64,000 nucleotides of DNA from Macrostomum lignano (lineage: Eukaryota): NCBI GenBank assembly GCA_002269645.1, contig NIVC01000969.1, positions 1 to 64,000 of the forward strand, written 5' to 3'. The position numbers were made by a program, and so were the translations under genes. Below, in pieces: positions 33,982 through 49,700 of the stretch. Position 1 is the first letter of the stretch. Each line of letters begins with the position of its first letter. The notes under the pieces were generated by a model. That model made no database searches. It saw only the letters and a list, made by a program, of their open reading frames with translations, and was not told the origin of the DNA.

Positions 33982-36900
33982 ATGGCGCAGCTCTTGGCGC
34001 TGAGTGCTCTGTTTGCAGCTCTTTGTGCTCTTGGAGGCGGTGAGTTGTCTGTCTGCCTTCAATGTCAGATTACTGTAAGTCTTCATCATTCACGTGAAAA
34101 CCCCTGCTCTCTTAAAGCGGCGAGCTCCATCAAATTCAACATCACGACAACAAACGTCGCGGCTTCCTGGCAGTCGTCAGAATACTTCAACAGGTGCTTC
34201 AGACACACGGCTGTTCTTGAGCAGTGGGATTACTTTCACACAACGGGCACCCCAGACTCTCATGGAAACCAGTGGCTGCTCATTAAGCTGTCCCGTGCAA
34301 TCCGTGTGCAATCAGTCACTGTCTATGGCAGGGCAGCAGGTGAGTTGTCTTGTTCACACTTCTGTCTCTTCCGCTTCACTTCTTTCTTACTTCTCTTCTC
34401 ACTGCAGAGCCCAACAGAGCACAGAACATCGAGATTCTGCTGAGTGACAGACTGCCACCGGGTCTGAATGCGAGCAGCGATAGTTGCTATGGGACTCTGT
34501 CGGGTAGCTTGAGCTCGCTCACTCAGTGCGGAGTCACCCAGCGTGAGCAGACTCAGACTCACAAGGTGGCCTGCAGCTACTCTGGCTGCCCGAAAGTGGG
34601 TTTGTCTCCATCTACTCTGTTGTTGCTGAGCAAAGTGCAAATAGGTGCAAATAGGTGCAAATAGGTGCAAATTGGTGCAATTTGGTGCAAATAGGTGCAA
34701 ATTGGTGCAAATAGGTGCAAATTGGTGCAAATAGGTGCAAATAGGTGCAAATTGGTGCAATTTGGTGCAAATAGGTGCAAATAGGTGCAAATAGGTGCAA
34801 ATAGGTGCAAATAGGTGCAAATAGGTGCAAATAGGTGCAAATAGGTGCAAATAGGTGCAAATAGGTGCAAATTGGTGCAAATTGGTGCAAATTGGTGCAA
34901 ATTGGTGCAAATAGCTGCAAATAAATGGCTAAATCACACGAAATTTCAGGTGACTGAGTACATCTTGCTAAGGAAGAACGTTCGAAACGAATCTGATAAG
35001 TATATGAACTTTCAAGCTCTGGAAGTCGAAGAAGGTACGACTTTAGTTGATTAAAGCTTAATTATGCCTTCATGGGACATTGTTGACTCGAAACAAACTT
35101 TCTCTCTTTCAGCATCTCAGAATGCGCAGATTTATAGGTGTGAAGTGTCTGGCGGACGCCTCAGTAACTGCAGACTCAATGCTTTGCAAACTTTGAAAAA
35201 TGGCGACAGAGCTTATATGAAAGTCTGCCCACCGTGTCAGCTTCCGACAACTGATGCAGCATCTTGTCACATTGCTGCTCCAAGTGGCAATATCACACAG
35301 CTGAGAGTTGTGAGCTCACGGATGAATTTATTTCTTTTTAAATGATTTTCACGGACTATTCGACTAACTAATAGAAATAAGTGGAATGAGCAATTATGAA
35401 TGTTAACACTATTTTTTATACGATTGTAGCCAGTTCCTTAAATTTCTTTCACCATTTTCAGAATGGGCACCCAGACTCCAATTTAATTGTAATTTTCACA
35501 TCGACTGCGAAAAGTCAAGGAGGAAACTTCACGTGCAACTTTAACTGCTCGAGCGATTTGCCTCAGTCAGCAACTGAACCAATCGGTTTCTTTGGTATGC
35601 AGCTTTTGTGTGTACTTTTTACCTCAGACAGGTGAATTCGTAAAGCAACCTTCTACTGTTCAAACTGTTGTAATCTAATATATTGGTATTTTGCCAGCAG
35701 CCTACTATCAGGTGCAGTACAAATAACACCCTAAAAGCAGGTTGCAGTGCAAATGACACCCTAAAAGCAGGTTGCAGTGCAAATGACACCCTAAAAGCAG
35801 GTGCAGTACAAATGACACCCTAAAAGCAGGTTGCAGTACAAATGACACCCTAGCAGCAGGTGCAGTACAAATGACACCCTAGCAGCAGGTGCAGTACAAA
35901 TGACACCCTAAAAGCAAGTGCAGTACAAATGACACCCTAGCAGCAGGTGCAGTACAAATGACACCCTAGCAGCAGGTGCAGTACAAATGGCTGCCTAGCA
36001 GCAGGTGCAGTACAAATGACACCCTAGCAGCAGATGCAGTACAAATGACAGCCTAGCAGCAGGTGGGTCATTTCACGAGAGGGTCGCATCATTTTTTGAA
36101 CTTTAAGCACTTGTAACTTCTGAACCATAATAGATAAACAAAGCTGCAAAAAGCAATCTGTGTCAAACTTCTAGTTCTATCTTTTTCACGTAGCTGCTTA
36201 TGAATTCTAAAACAACTGAACACATAGCAGAGCGTCAACCGTCAGCATAGTTTATGCTCTGCTATGTGTTCAGCTGTTGTCCAGGTGCAGTGCAAACGGC
36301 TGAGCTCATTTTCTGTTGCAGAGGAGAAGCCCAGAAGTGTCAGCATTGAGCCCAGCAACGGGGTCCAGATTGAATCAAGAATTTTTCTGGCTTCAGGCAT
36401 GGAGTTCCACTTCAGCTTCATCACAGAAGCTGCGTACCCAAGTCCCATCCATGCTTGTAGGCTGGTGAGAACTGCTGAGCGGGAAACTACAGAAGATACT
36501 TCAGGTGTTCTACTGCATCCCTTTACAGAGGTGAGAAAATCCTGTGCAATCTTAATACTTTCATTTCCAATTCTGATCTTCCCTCATCAAATTCTTTTTT
36601 TCAGAGATTCCTCACTGACGCCTCAGCAAACAAAAGCCATGTAATTACCAAGATCTCAGAGTATAGACTCAGCATTAGCGCACACATGCAAGCAGCTGGG
36701 CAAAAGATACAGTGCGTGTCGACTGTCGGTGAAAGCAGTGGAAAAGTGGGGAAATCAATTTCGCTGCCTGAGCTTGTAGGTAAGCAAAAATATTGGAGGG
36801 AGAGTACTGGCAGGTGATATCTGGAATTTCTCATATTAGATGAAGATGAGTTGTATTGAAATGATAAAAACTGCAGTTCCAAGCAAGCCGGAGTTTCTGC

Positions 36901-39900
36901 TACCGCCAATCACGGACTGGAAAGATGGCCACTCCGTCTCAGTTGCTGTCGACTCAACAACAGACAGCCCTGTTCCAATCAGCCACCGCTGCTTGCTGGA
37001 GACTCGAGACGGCAACAGAAGCCTCTTCGCTACCCAGGTGAGTCTTGCTTTGGTTTGATGTCTTTGTGATGTCGGTTTCGAAAACAAAAACTTTGGCAAA
37101 ATATTGAATGCGTTTCATCAAATATCAAATATTTGACAAACGTCATGGGCTACTGAAGTGATTCATTCGGTGTTCTAAGCATGAGCATGTTTGAGCATGT
37201 TTACTTTCTTTGAATAAATACGAAATTTCTAAATTGCTACAAATTTCGAGTTCTCTTAAAACATTTCCTGTAGTAACTCTGAATCAGTCCATGAGTGTGT
37301 GTACAGGACTATCCTTCTCGCATGGTAGAGACTTCTCAAATCGAAATTCCAGGTAACAAATAAAAGCAGTAAATTCGAGTTGGATGTTGATAGACACTGG
37401 GGAAACGCAGCCTCTCTGGTCTGTTTGGTAAATCAATCTGGGCTGATCCAGACATGGACTCGACATCGGCTACCGAAGGTGCTCTGTGAGTCTCTGATGA
37501 CATGACTTTCTTCACAAGCCCATTACTGCATTTGAAGATTAAGTCACGATTGCATTTTCGAATTCAGACAAGGCCGAAGGGCTGGCCATCCGTATTTTGT
37601 CAGGAGACCTGGTGACTGATGAAGAAGCCAGCTTCTCAGTGACTGCATCTGACTCAGGATACCCAGCGGCTCTGCACCAGTGCAGAATCGAGAGCAAGAG
37701 CCTCGGAGAAGACAAGGTATGAGGCTGATGTTATTGCTCATTCAGAGTTCCCAACCAGCAGTTCAATGCTACAATTTCGGTTGACCATTACGCAGACTGC
37801 AGAGTCAGACGGCTCAAGTCACTGGAGATTCACGCCTCAGCGAGGGCACAACGGTGAACAAATCAGATGCGATGTGGTGCAGAAACTGAGTGGCTCTTTG
37901 ATATTCAGTCAGACTGTCAACAGCTCTAATCTGGATGTTAAATGTGAGTATCATGCTTTATTATGCTGCATGCTGCGATCCCGACCGATACAGTAGGGCT
38001 GCTTGCACTTCAGACAGGGCAATCGTCACGTGGCCCAGAAATATCGCTCCGAAAAAGGAAGGAGAGGCTCTGTCATTCGTTGTGCTCACAGACGGCAACC
38101 CAGAGCCCAGCAGTCAGTGCTGGCTGCAGCTGATTTCTGGCTCACAGGTGAGTCTTTGATTTGGGAGTGATGCTGGTTTCTGGCTCACAGGTGAGTCTTT
38201 GATTTGGGATGATGCTGGTTTCTGGCTCACAGGTGAGTCTTTGATTTGGGAGTGATGCTGGTTTCTGGCTCACAGGTGAGTCTTTGATTTGGGAGTGATG
38301 CTGGTTTCTGGCTCACAGGTGAGTCTTTGATTTGGGATGATGCTGGTTTCTGGCTCACAGGTGAGTCTTTGATTTGGGAGTGATGCTGGTTTCTGGCTCA
38401 CAGGTGAGTCTTTGATTTGGGAGTGATGCTGGTTTCTGGCTCACAGGTGAGTCTTTGATTTGGGATGATGCTGGTTTCTGGCTCACAGGTGAGTCTTTGA
38501 TTTGGGAGTGATGCTGGTTTCTGGCTCACAGGTGAGTCTTTGATTTGGGATGATGCTGGTTTCTGGCTCACAGGTGAGTCTTTGATTTGGGATGATGCTG
38601 GTTTCTGGCTCACAGGTGAGTCTTTGATTTGGGATGATGCTGGTTTCTGGCTCACAGGTGAGGCTTTGATTTGGGAGTGATGCTGGTTTCTGGCTCACAG
38701 GTGAGTCTTTGATTTGGGATGATGCTGGTTTCTGGCTCACAGGTGAGTCTTTGATTTGGGAGTGATGCTGGTTTCTGGCTCACAGGTGAGTCTTTGATTT
38801 GGGAGTGATGCTGGTTTCTGGCTCACAGGTGAGTCTTTGATTTGGGATGATGCTGGTTTCTGGCTCACAGGTGAGTCTTTGATTTGGGAGTGATGCTGGT
38901 TTCTGGCTCACAGGTGAGTCTTTGATTTGGGAGTGATGCTGGTTTCTGGCGCACAGGTGAGTCTTTGATTTGGGATGATGCTGGTTTCTGGCTCACAGGT
39001 GAGTCTTTGATTTGGGATGATGCTGGTTTCTGGCTCACAGGTGAGTCTTTGATTTGGGATGATGCTTGTTTCTGGATCACAGGTGAGTCTTTGATTTGGG
39101 AGTGATGCTGGTTTCTGGCTCACAGGTGAGTCTTTGATTTGGGAGTGATGCTGGTTTCTGGCTCACAGGTGAGTCTTTGATTTGGGAGTGATGCTGGTTT
39201 CTGGCTCACAGGTGAGTCTTTGATTTGGGAGTGATGCTGGTTTCTGGCTCACAGGTGAGTCTTTGATTCAGGAGTGATGCTGGTTTCTGGCTCACAGGTG
39301 AGTCTTTGATTTGGGATGATGCTGGTTTCTGGCTCACAGGTGAGTCTTCGATTTGGGAGTGATGCTGGTTTCTGGCTCACAGGTGAGTCTTTGATTTGGG
39401 ATGATGCTGGTTTCTGGCTCACAGGTGAGTCTTTGATTTCGGAGTGATAAGTTATGCTGGTTTCTGGCTCACAGGTGAGTCTTTGATTTGGGAGTGATAA
39501 GTTATGCTGGTTTCTGGCTCACAGGTGAGTCTTTGATTTGGGATGATGCTGGTTTCTGGCGCACAGGTGAGTCTTTGATTTGGGAGTGATGCTGATCTCT
39601 GGCTCACAGGTGAGTCTTTGATTTAGGAGTGATGCTGATCTCTGGCTCACAGGTGAGTCTTTGATTTGGGAGTGATGTTGCAGTCTCGGTATTTCATAAT
39701 AATCGCTATTTTCGTTCCAGGTAGACCTGCATAAGCTGAAGCATTCCATGTTTGAAAGCACCTTCAACGTTACTGTTGATAGGTCAATGAACCGAGCCAA
39801 TTTGAGCTGTGTTTTGACTCAACCTGGACTTCCATCCTCAACGGAGCAGAGCTTCACCCAATTGATCACAGTTTTTTGTAAGTTTACAGAATCCATTTTC

Positions 39901-42900
39901 ATCGGTTTCCTAAAGACGTATAAAATTGTAAATGCGTGCGTATTTTTTGAGCCAATGGAAACATTTCCTGTCGCTTAGGAGGCTCTGACTTGAAGCACTT
40001 CTTAAATCATAGACTGAAAAATAATATCGACCCAACCATCTCACAGATCAGCCTCAGCCTCCACTCACCATCGACTTGGCTCAGACTGTCTACGAAGGCA
40101 CCGACGTCACCTTCACGGTGCGGTCGGGCGCTGGAAACCCCAATGTCACCCACAGATGCTACGTGTACAACGGAGAAATTGTGAGCGCAATATTTGCTCA
40201 TCAAATCACCTGACTTGCAGCTTTGATTTAACACAGAGTTGATCATTCCAGGAAGTTCAAAACAGCATGAAAATCGAATCGGAGTACTTGACAATGGTGA
40301 ACTATACACCCAACAGTCATGACACATTTGTGAGCTGCACGGCCGAGCAGATGCACCGCTCTGAAGTTGTGTTCACCAGCAGCATCAGAAGGAACATCAC
40401 CGTCAATTGTGAGAAGTCAAATGCCATTTTATTAGCATGCAGCCTGCCATTTACTTGAAAACCGGAGTATCCACTTTAACTTCAGACTTTGCGCACAACT
40501 CCATGGACATCAGTCCGAGAGAAGGAGTTCTTGATGGAGATCGAGTCGAAGTGACGCTCAGATCTTATGGTGGCCGGCCTGCCGTCACGCGGCATGAGTG
40601 TTCGCTTGGCGGCCCTGAGCTGACTATGGAAAACGTATGCTTTTTCATCACCTGAGTGCTTTTGAATTGACTGTAACCCTTCTTCAGGCATCCTAAATGA
40701 TCAATTTGAGAATATTTCTACAGGTAAGAAGCCGTTCCACCGAAGTGAAGTTCACGTTTCGTGCATCGAAAGAGCACGACGGCAAGGTGCTCGCCTGCAA
40801 ATTCGTACAGGATGAGCGACTGATTGAGTGGAAGAGAGACAAACTCAGCGTCTTCTGTAAGTACAGTTTGAGTTGTTTATTTGTGTGAAAGTATGGGGGT
40901 ACATTCTTCTTTGAAAAGGAACTCGTTAAGCCACACTGATGTAAATGTGCACTGCTTTTTCGCACCTGTAGACAAAGCGGATTTCGACTCTGAGGTAAGA
41001 ATCATAAAGAGAAAAGTCAGGTGGAACACGACAGTCCAGTTCAGCATCTACTACTCTGATGTGGGAAACCCGTCCGCCAAGCACTTCTGCCGCATCGGCT
41101 CTCGGCCACTCACCGATCCTGAGGTGCGAAAATACTGACCCACATTTTTGTCTGCTTTATGTAAGGGACTGGGTAGTTGATATTGTAATGGGAAAGATCT
41201 GGTCAAAATACATTTCAGTCAGTTTCAACATTACAATCGCTTTGGAAGTTCAAGGCTCAAGTCGGAGACAACGGTCAGAAGATCGTCTGCCAGGTGGTGC
41301 AAAATGATCAGCATGGCGGCCGAGTCTTTAACCAAACAGTTGCCAGCCAGACTCTGGATGTGCTCTGTAAAGATTTTGTTTATCAGTTGTATTTATTGCT
41401 TCAATCGAGCTATTTATATTTATTCCAATATATTGAACCACTTTGACTGTCACAACATTGTTTTCTTAATCTCTCCATCTTTTCAGACCCAGTCAGCTAC
41501 TCAGGATTTCTATCCCAGCCACCGTCGGTGACGGAGGGCGATCCCTTGGTTATTTCTTTCTTTTCAACTGGAGGAAACCCCGAGCCTCGTCACCAATGCT
41601 GGTTGCAGACACCTGCAGGTCGAATGGACGCAGTCGCTCCAACAGAGGCGAGGACAGATGTGGATCTCGTGACGAACTTCAGTGTGACTTCCGTAAAGCA
41701 GATGAATGGAGGATCTGTGGTTTGCCGCGTCTCTCAGATGGGCCTCGAGGACCTGGACAAGGATTTCTCCCAGAACATCACTGTTTTCTGTGAGTTCTCT
41801 GTCGCGACTGCTCCAACTTTTATAACAATACAAAATCTAATAAAAAAACGTTCGTTTTTCCGTTCCAGTCCGATCGGAGGTGGATCTGACCGGCTCAAAG
41901 ATTTCAGGATCCACAGTGCTCGTCAGCATCAATGTGACGGATGGAAACCCGACACCGCTGGTGAACTGCTCGCTGTTCTCAAGCTCTGGAACTCGACATG
42001 TGGGTTCTCAGTGTGCACAGTTGCTCCGCTTCTATTTGCATTGAGTAGCTTTAATGCAGCCGAACCCGTCATTTTAGGAGGTTGCCAGGAATTACTCGAC
42101 AATGCTGAGAGTCGGACTCCATGAGATGGAAGTCGATCTGTTTTCAAGAGAGCAGCCTCAGTCAGCCAACGTCACGTGTTCTGTGAAGCAAGAGTATGCG
42201 GGTTTCAAAAGCAGCAGCCTTGTCTTCTTGGCACTCAAATCTGACGAGAGTTTTCAAGCTAGCGACCAAGAAAGTGAGCAGTTCTGTGTAGTCCAGCTTA
42301 GCTGCATTACTAAACTATTGTCTTTTAAGTTAATCGTATTGTAATGTCTTATCATATTGCTACTATTGTATTATCGCTACAAAAACTGATCAATGCAGAC
42401 CATGGGAGCCTCAGCTGGAATCAAATGTTCCAAATTCTCTGTCTGTGCGCAGTGGTTGCCGTCGCTATCTTTCTTTCTCTGCCTGCCACAGTCTACGTCT
42501 GGAGGCGAACTGCATCGCCTCGGTTGGCAATTCAGCGGCAGCACGGAGCAGCCACAGACAGGAGACCAGCTGACGTACCTCTGGTCCCTGTGACTGCTGC
42601 TGAGCGAGATCTCAATGTAATATTGCTTTTCAGTATTGCTTGCTCATTTTGCTGTTTAATCTGTGTGTGAGGCTGACAATCTGTGGGACACTTCAGACCG
42701 TCTACTACTATGAGGAGAACCCGGCGCTTCCGGATCGGCCTCCGAGCGTTGAGGAGACGGACTCAAATGTATGTCTATTGTCTGCATCTTTGCCAGATGC
42801 TCTCAGTGCATGCTCAGTGCAGGATTCAGTTCCGCTCATTGCAGATGGTGCACTGTTCTGAGGAGGAGCAGACGGCTCAGGGAGCTGTCGAATTCTACGT

Positions 42901-42907
42901 GCAGTGA
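33982..42907 (+). CDS. Copy C: lectin-like + 10 Ig-like domain receptor with the same TM/tail type as A and B
   Basis: Exon-for-exon paralog of B, e.g. 33982-34039, 34118-34339, TM exon 42399-42616, 42697-42768, last exon 42845-42907 or 42823-42861. No frameshift seen in the exons I translated. Confidence 0.85.
34636..34920. repeat. (ATAGGTGCAA)n repeat, copy C
   Basis: Direct reading. Confidence 0.95.
35708..36065. repeat. ~29-bp minisatellite, copy C
   Basis: Direct reading. Confidence 0.95.
38128..39680 (+). repeat. 42/43-bp splice-donor minisatellite, copy C (about 36 units)
   Basis: Same unit; first donor at 38148. Confidence 0.95.
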
Positions 42908-45900
42908 AAGTGATTTGCAAGTTCGAGTTTCGCTACTCAGACTCTTGGAGAAACCAAAACTGCATATATGAGAGCATTGGCTGACTGAGCTTGCCTATAT
43001 AGGCTCTGTTGCGTCGTTTGAAAGTACAACTGAGTGGCACAAAGATTTGGTAGAATAAACAAGGTCTCGGTTTCGATATATTATTTTTAAACGATGCTAT
43101 CAAAAACTATGCACAATAATGGTCATTAATCTAGAATTGGAGTGGCGTTGGGCACGGGGCACAAAATGGGGTGGTGGGCTCACAAGGATGTACAATCAAT
43201 AATTCAATAGTTAATTAGTTCACGCACGCATTGGCGGTTAGCGTAAAATTTTAAAACAAGCCACAGGTACAGCTACAGACCCAGCGCTGCCTCAGACTCA
43301 GTGCATGCTTTCAAGGTTCCTGTGTATAAGACTGGCAATGCTTTTCTTGCAGCTCGTATTTTGATTTTGCTTTTGGTCTTGCCGAATAACATTCTTTTAA
43401 CAATAGCTCGATTAACTTGAGAATCACAGATGCCTCTGCTACAAATTAGCTATTAGAGCAGTCAAAATGCTAACAAGTACACGAGACTGATTTGCATAAT
43501 TTTTGTTTTTCAAGAAACGGCCGTCAAGTTGCGATCCTCCAGTCTTTCTCGTCTGGCAGTCGGGATTGAAGCTTTTTTGGCCTGACTCAATGAGACAATG
43601 CCTGACAGAGCAAATTTGGAAGGCTTGCAGAAGTATTTAAATCACTTTTATAAGCCTTGGGTTTCTTTTTGTAGCCATTGGTGTTTGATGAATGTCATTA
43701 AAATAACCTTTTCTACAGATCTAGTGCATATATTTGACATTTTAATCCGGTTTGAAGGCTCTCTAACTCACAGTATCAGTTTACTACTTAAAATGCTGTC
43801 TTCTTTGCATGATATTTTTTGTAACAGGGTCTATGAAAGTTCAGCATGTGATCTACTGACCCATTACTTTATTAGTCACTCAGGAGCTGCACTTCAGTGT
43901 GTATTTCTTGCAAAGTGGAACTTGTGTTTGGCATCGGAATAAACAGATGCACCACCTCATCTCCTCTGCTTTAGCCGCTCGAAAACAATGTTTTATCAAG
44001 ATTACACACTTTGGCACCTACACATTGGCATTGAAGCGTGCAGTAGCGTGCAGTAGAAGTGTGCCGTCAGCCTAGTGCACTTGTCTGTGCTTAGAGTGAC
44101 TGATTTTCTCTTGTTGCTTCGACGACTTGAATAGTTTATAATTCCATTTTGCAGGCTTCTCCGTTATGCCGTAAAGACGGTCTCTGATGAGAATGTCACC
44201 GAAGGTGTACTCGACCCGGAGGGTTGTGGTTCGGGCTGGGACTTCTGGCCGGCGATCTTGTATTCCGTATTTCAGGAAGAGTACCGCACTCTGTGCTGCT
44301 TTGAGCTGCCATTGCGCTAGGTGAACCTACTCCAAAGACTACTCAAGTAGGACGGGAAACCTCGTTTCTTGGAAAATTTTAGGAGCCAGGTTTTCCCGAA
44401 AAAATACACTACGGAGATGGGAGGCGGAGATGGGAAGATCCTATCTTTCGATAGGAGGCAGACCCAATGTTCATTTTTTATGTTTTGCCTTTCTTATAGG
44501 TCTATTGATTTTCATAAAGCTTTTCGTTCAGAAAATTAGGATTCTATGTTAATCTTTTATTCTGCGTACATTCCCTGTACCTAAAAATCATAAAAATGCA
44601 TGGCACAGCTCCACTCATTGGTTCTATGAATCTGTTTTATCATCTCTGTTACACGCATTGTTACACGGTCAGCTAAGTGTTACAAAATAGATTCAAAAAC
44701 CAATGAACCGAACCGCGCCATTCAAATGGTTTTCAGGCACAGGACATGTGCAATTGTACGTAGAATAAGAAATTATAAACATAGAATCCTAATTCTCTAA
44801 ATGAAAAGCTTATCCTAGGCTTTGGAGATGTGTTCGGCGCCGGAGTGAAAGGCTCTCACCTGTTTGCGGCACAGCCCGGTGGTGCAATTGCTCTCCCAGT
44901 TGCCCACAGCGACCCTGCCTGAAGGGTAGTTTAGGCCAGAGGATGACGGTCTCTGAGGAGGCCGACCTGGTCCACTAAAAGCGGGTTGGCGGAGCCATGC
45001 CAATTGCAAGAAATAAAGAGCTTCACAGTTAGGATCACCCAGAATCTCTCGCCCCTGATGGCGCCCAATCTTTGCCTCTTATGGCTATGGCTCACCCCTG
45101 CCTATCCAAAATTACTGCTCTCTTTGTGATGCAGCCCAAGCTTTGTGCTACGCAAAGGGGGATTCCAGTTTTTAGGTGGCCCTGGTCCAGTACCCATGGG
45201 GAACTCAACCCACTATTCAAAAGGCAGAGCCAAATCCGTGCTTAGGCGACCCCGTTTAACAACAACAGCGGGGCCTGTGAAAGTTCAGCGGTTGGATCTG
45301 CTGACCCGATACTGTATTAGTGCACTTCAGCGTTTTTCTCTTGCAAAGTGGAACTTGTGTTTGGCATCGGAATAAACTTTTTACAGATGCGAGATTCTGC
45401 ACCACCTCGTATCCTCTGCTTTAGCCGCTCGAAAACAATGTTTTATCAAGATTAGACTCTGCGAAACCAACGCATTGGCATTGAAGCAGTGTGCAGTCAG
45501 CATAGTGCACTTCTTTGTCCTTGGAGCAACTGATTTTTCTTCTTGGTTAGACGACTTCAATAGTTTATAATTCCATTCTGCAGGCTTCTCCGTTATGCCT
45601 TCACTGATAACTTTGATAACCCTTACCAACTAAATTTCATCTAAACCTGCATCTCTGACTTGCGTGTTCACTGGCCTTCAGCCTTTGGACCTTCAACTGC
45701 TATTTGAAGTTTAATAGAGTTCTGTCCAATTGCTGGTTGGACAAATAACCGAAGACGGAAGTTAATGACCAACACATACCAGAGACTGAAATTACTCGTA
45801 GCAGCACGGGACAGTGAATTTGAAACAATTGGCAGATGGCTGCCCGAGGCGTCTTAAGAGCGAGGCTATTTTTAGAGACAGAACTGGACCTCTTCGTACA

Positions 45901-46791
45901 CCACGCGCGCTGAGAAGCCTAAATTATCGATCGTGCAACTGTTTGCGAAAGCGTTCAACGCACACAAGCGCAACAGATTAAGCGGCCCAATTGGGGAGCC
46001 ACCGCACGCAAAATTACACAGACAGACGATACGATCATTTATCTGACAAGTTATTTCAGACGCAGAATCTCGGTATAGCAGTTCCTTCTACTGGAAGTAA
46101 TAAATTCGGAGTATACTTGTAGATTCTGAATGACGTGCAGCGTTTAATTTGTCACAGATAAATTTTGAGTTCGAAAATGGAAATCAAAAATCATTGGCCC
46201 GCACAGTCGCTGCCATGTTCTGCGAGCCTCATCAAGCAACAGGCTTCACCCAAGGCACCCAAGCCAGCAGACGGGAGCATCCGGCCACCAGACTTTTGCG
46301 CTGATGGCGGGATTCAATACCGAATCACAGGCGATTACTTCTGATAAGAATGATCAATGCTAAAATAATAAAGAAACTACTATTCATATTGCAATCAGCA
46401 CAATGAACTATGGAATATATAAAACAGTATATTATGCAATTTCCAATCGTGCAGCACACTCAAATCTCATCTCGAAATTTTAAAAACTTTTCATTCACGC
46501 GATGGATTTCGATATCGCACTCCGTAGCTCTATATAGTACTCATAGTAGCTATTTAGCTTGATTTGTTGGTTTTGTCGAAAATGTATATAAATCGCACTT
46601 GTGTTCCACCAATGAAAATGAGATTAGCGGTATCAAGACGTTAATCTGAACCGAATACGTGCAGTTTTACCCAGGAGAGAAAATTCGCAACCGAGCCAGC
46701 AGTTTTCACTCCAAAGCACTGCTGCTGCTGCTGCTGCTGCTGTCTCAGTTGCCAAGGAAACACTGAAAGCTGCTCTTCTTCATCAGCTGTC

Positions 46792-49700
46792 ATGGCGCAG
46801 CTCTTGGCGCTGTGCGCTCTGTGTGCAGCTCTTTGTGCTCTTGGAGGCGGTGAGTTGTCTGTCTGCCCTCAATACCAGATATATTGTAAGCCTTCATCAC
46901 TCATGTGAAAGCCCCTGCTCTCCTACAGAGGCAAACTCCATCAAGTTCAACATCACGACAACAAACATCGCGGCTTCCTGGCGGTCGTCGGAATACAACA
47001 ACAGGTGCTTCAGAGACACGGCTGTTCTTGAGCAGTGGGATTACTTTCACACGACGGGCACCCCAGACTCTCATGGAAACCAGTGGCTGCTCATTAAGCT
47101 GTCCCGTGCAATCCGTGTGCAATCAGTCACTGTCTATGGCAGGGCAGCAGGTGAGTTGTCTTGTCCACTTCTGTCTCTTCCGCTTCACTTCTTTCTTACT
47201 TCTCTTCTCACTGCAGTGCCCAGCAGAGCACAGAACATCGAGATTCTGCTGAGTGACAGACTGCCACCGGGTCTGAATGCGAGCAATGGCAGTTGCTATG
47301 GGACTCTGTCCGGTAGCTTGAGCTCGCTCACTCAGTGCGGAGTCACCCAGCGTGAGCAGACTCAGACTCACAAAGTGGCCTGCAGCTACTCTGGCTGCGC
47401 GAATGTAGGTTTGTCTCCATCTACTCTGTTGTTTCTGAGCAAATTGCAAATAGGTGCAAATAGGTGCAAATCGGTGCAAATAGGTGCAAATAGGTGCAAA
47501 TCGGTGCAAATAGGTGCAAATCGGTGCAAATAGGTGCAAATCGGTGCAAATAGGTGCAAATAGGTGCAAATAGGTGCAAATGGGTGCAAATAGGTGCAAA
47601 TCGGTGCAAATAGGTGCAAATAGGTGCAAATAGGTGCAAATAGGTGCAAATGGGTGCAAATAGGTGCAAATCGGTGCAAATAGGTGCAAATAGGTGCAAA
47701 TAGGTGCAAATAGGTGCAAATTGGTGCAAATAGGTGCAAAAAGGTGCAAATTGGTGGCTAAAACTCACGAAATTTCAGGTGACTCAGTACATCTTGCTAA
47801 GGAAGAACGTTCGAAACGAATCTGATAAGTATATGAACTTTCAAGCTCTGGAAGTCGAAGAAGGTACGACTTTAGTTGAATAAAGCTTAATTATGCCTTC
47901 ATGGGACATTGTTGACTCGAAACAAACTTTCTCTCTTTCAGCATCTCAGAACGCGCAGATTTATAGGTGTGAAGTGTCTGGCAGAAACCTCAGTAACTGC
48001 AGACTCAATGCTTTGCAAACTTTGAAAAATGGCGACAGAGCTTATATGAAAGTCTGCCCACCGTGTCAGCTTCCCACAACTGATGCAGCATCTTGTCACA
48101 TTGCTGCTCCAAGTGGCAATATCACACAGCTGAGAGTTGTGAGCTCACGGATGAATTTATTTCTTTTTAAATGATTTTCACGGACTATTCGACTAACTAA
48201 TAGGAATAAGTGGAATGAGAAATTATGAATGGTAAAAAATCGTGTTTTTATACGATTTTAGCCAGTTTCTTAAAGTTCTTTCACCATTTTCAGCATGGGC
48301 ACCCAGACTCCAATTTAATTGTAATTTTCACATCGACTGCGGAAAGTCAAGGAGGAAACTTCACGTGCAGCTTTGATTGCTTGAGCGAGTTGCCTCAGTC
48401 AGCAACTGAACCAATCGGTTTCTTTGGTATGCAGCTTTTGTGTGTACTTTTTACCTCAGACAGGTGAATTCGTAAAGCAACCTTCTACTGTTCAAACTGT
48501 TGTAATCTAATATATTGGTATTTTGCTAGCAGCCTACTATCAGGTGCAGTACAAATGACACCCTAAAAGCAGGTTGCAGTGCAAATGACACCCTAAAAGC
48601 AGGTTGCAGTGCAAATGACACCCTAGCAACAGGTGCAGTGCAACTGGCACTCTAGCAGCAGGTGCAGTACAAATGACACCCTAGCAGCAGGTGCAGTACA
48701 AAGGACACCCTAGCAGCAGGTGCAGTACAAATGACAGCCTAGCAGCAGGTGCAGTACAAATGACAGCCTAGCAGCAGGTGCAGTACAAATGACAGCCTAG
48801 CAGCAGGTGCAGTACAAAGGACAGCCTAGCAGCAGGTGCAGTACAAATGACACCCTAGCAGCAGGTGCAGTACAAATGACAGCCTAGCAGCAGGTGGGTC
48901 ATTCCACGAGACAGTCCCATAATGTTTTTGAACTTTGAGCACTTGTAACTTCTGAACCATAATAGATAAACAAAGCTGCAAAAAGCAATCTGTGTCAAAC
49001 TTCTAGTTCTATATTTTTCACAAAGCTGCTTATGAATTCTAAAACAACTGAACACATAGCAGAGCGTCAACCGTCAGCATAGTTTATGCTCTGCTATGTG
49101 TTCAGCTGTTGTCCAGGTGCAGTGCAAACGGCTGAGCTCATTTTCTGTTGCAGAGGAGAAGCCCAGAAGTGTCAGCATTGAGCCCAGCAACGGGGTTCAG
49201 ATTGGATCAAGGATATTTCTGGCTCCAGGCACGGAGTTTCACTTCAGCTTCATCACAGAAGCTGCGTACCCAAGTCCCATCCATGTTTGTAGGCTGGTGA
49301 GAACTGCTAAACGGGAAACTACAGAAGATACTTCAGGTGTTCCACTGTATCCCTTTACAGAGGTGCGAAAATCCTGTGCAATCTTAATACTTTCATTTCC
49401 CATTCTTATCTCGTCCCATTAAATTATTTTTCAGAGATCCCTCACTGACGCCTCAGCCAACAAAAGCCATGTAATTACCAAGATCTCTGAGTACAGACTC
49501 AACATTAGCGCACACAATGCAGCTGAGAAAAAGATACAGTGCGTGTCGGCTGTCGGTGAAAGCAGTGGAAAATCGGTGAAATCAATTTCGCTGCCTGAGC
49601 TTGTAGGTAAGCAAAAATATTGGAGGGAGAGTACTGGCAGGTGATACCTGGAATTTCTCATATTAGATGAAGATGAGTTGTATTGAAATGATAAAAACTG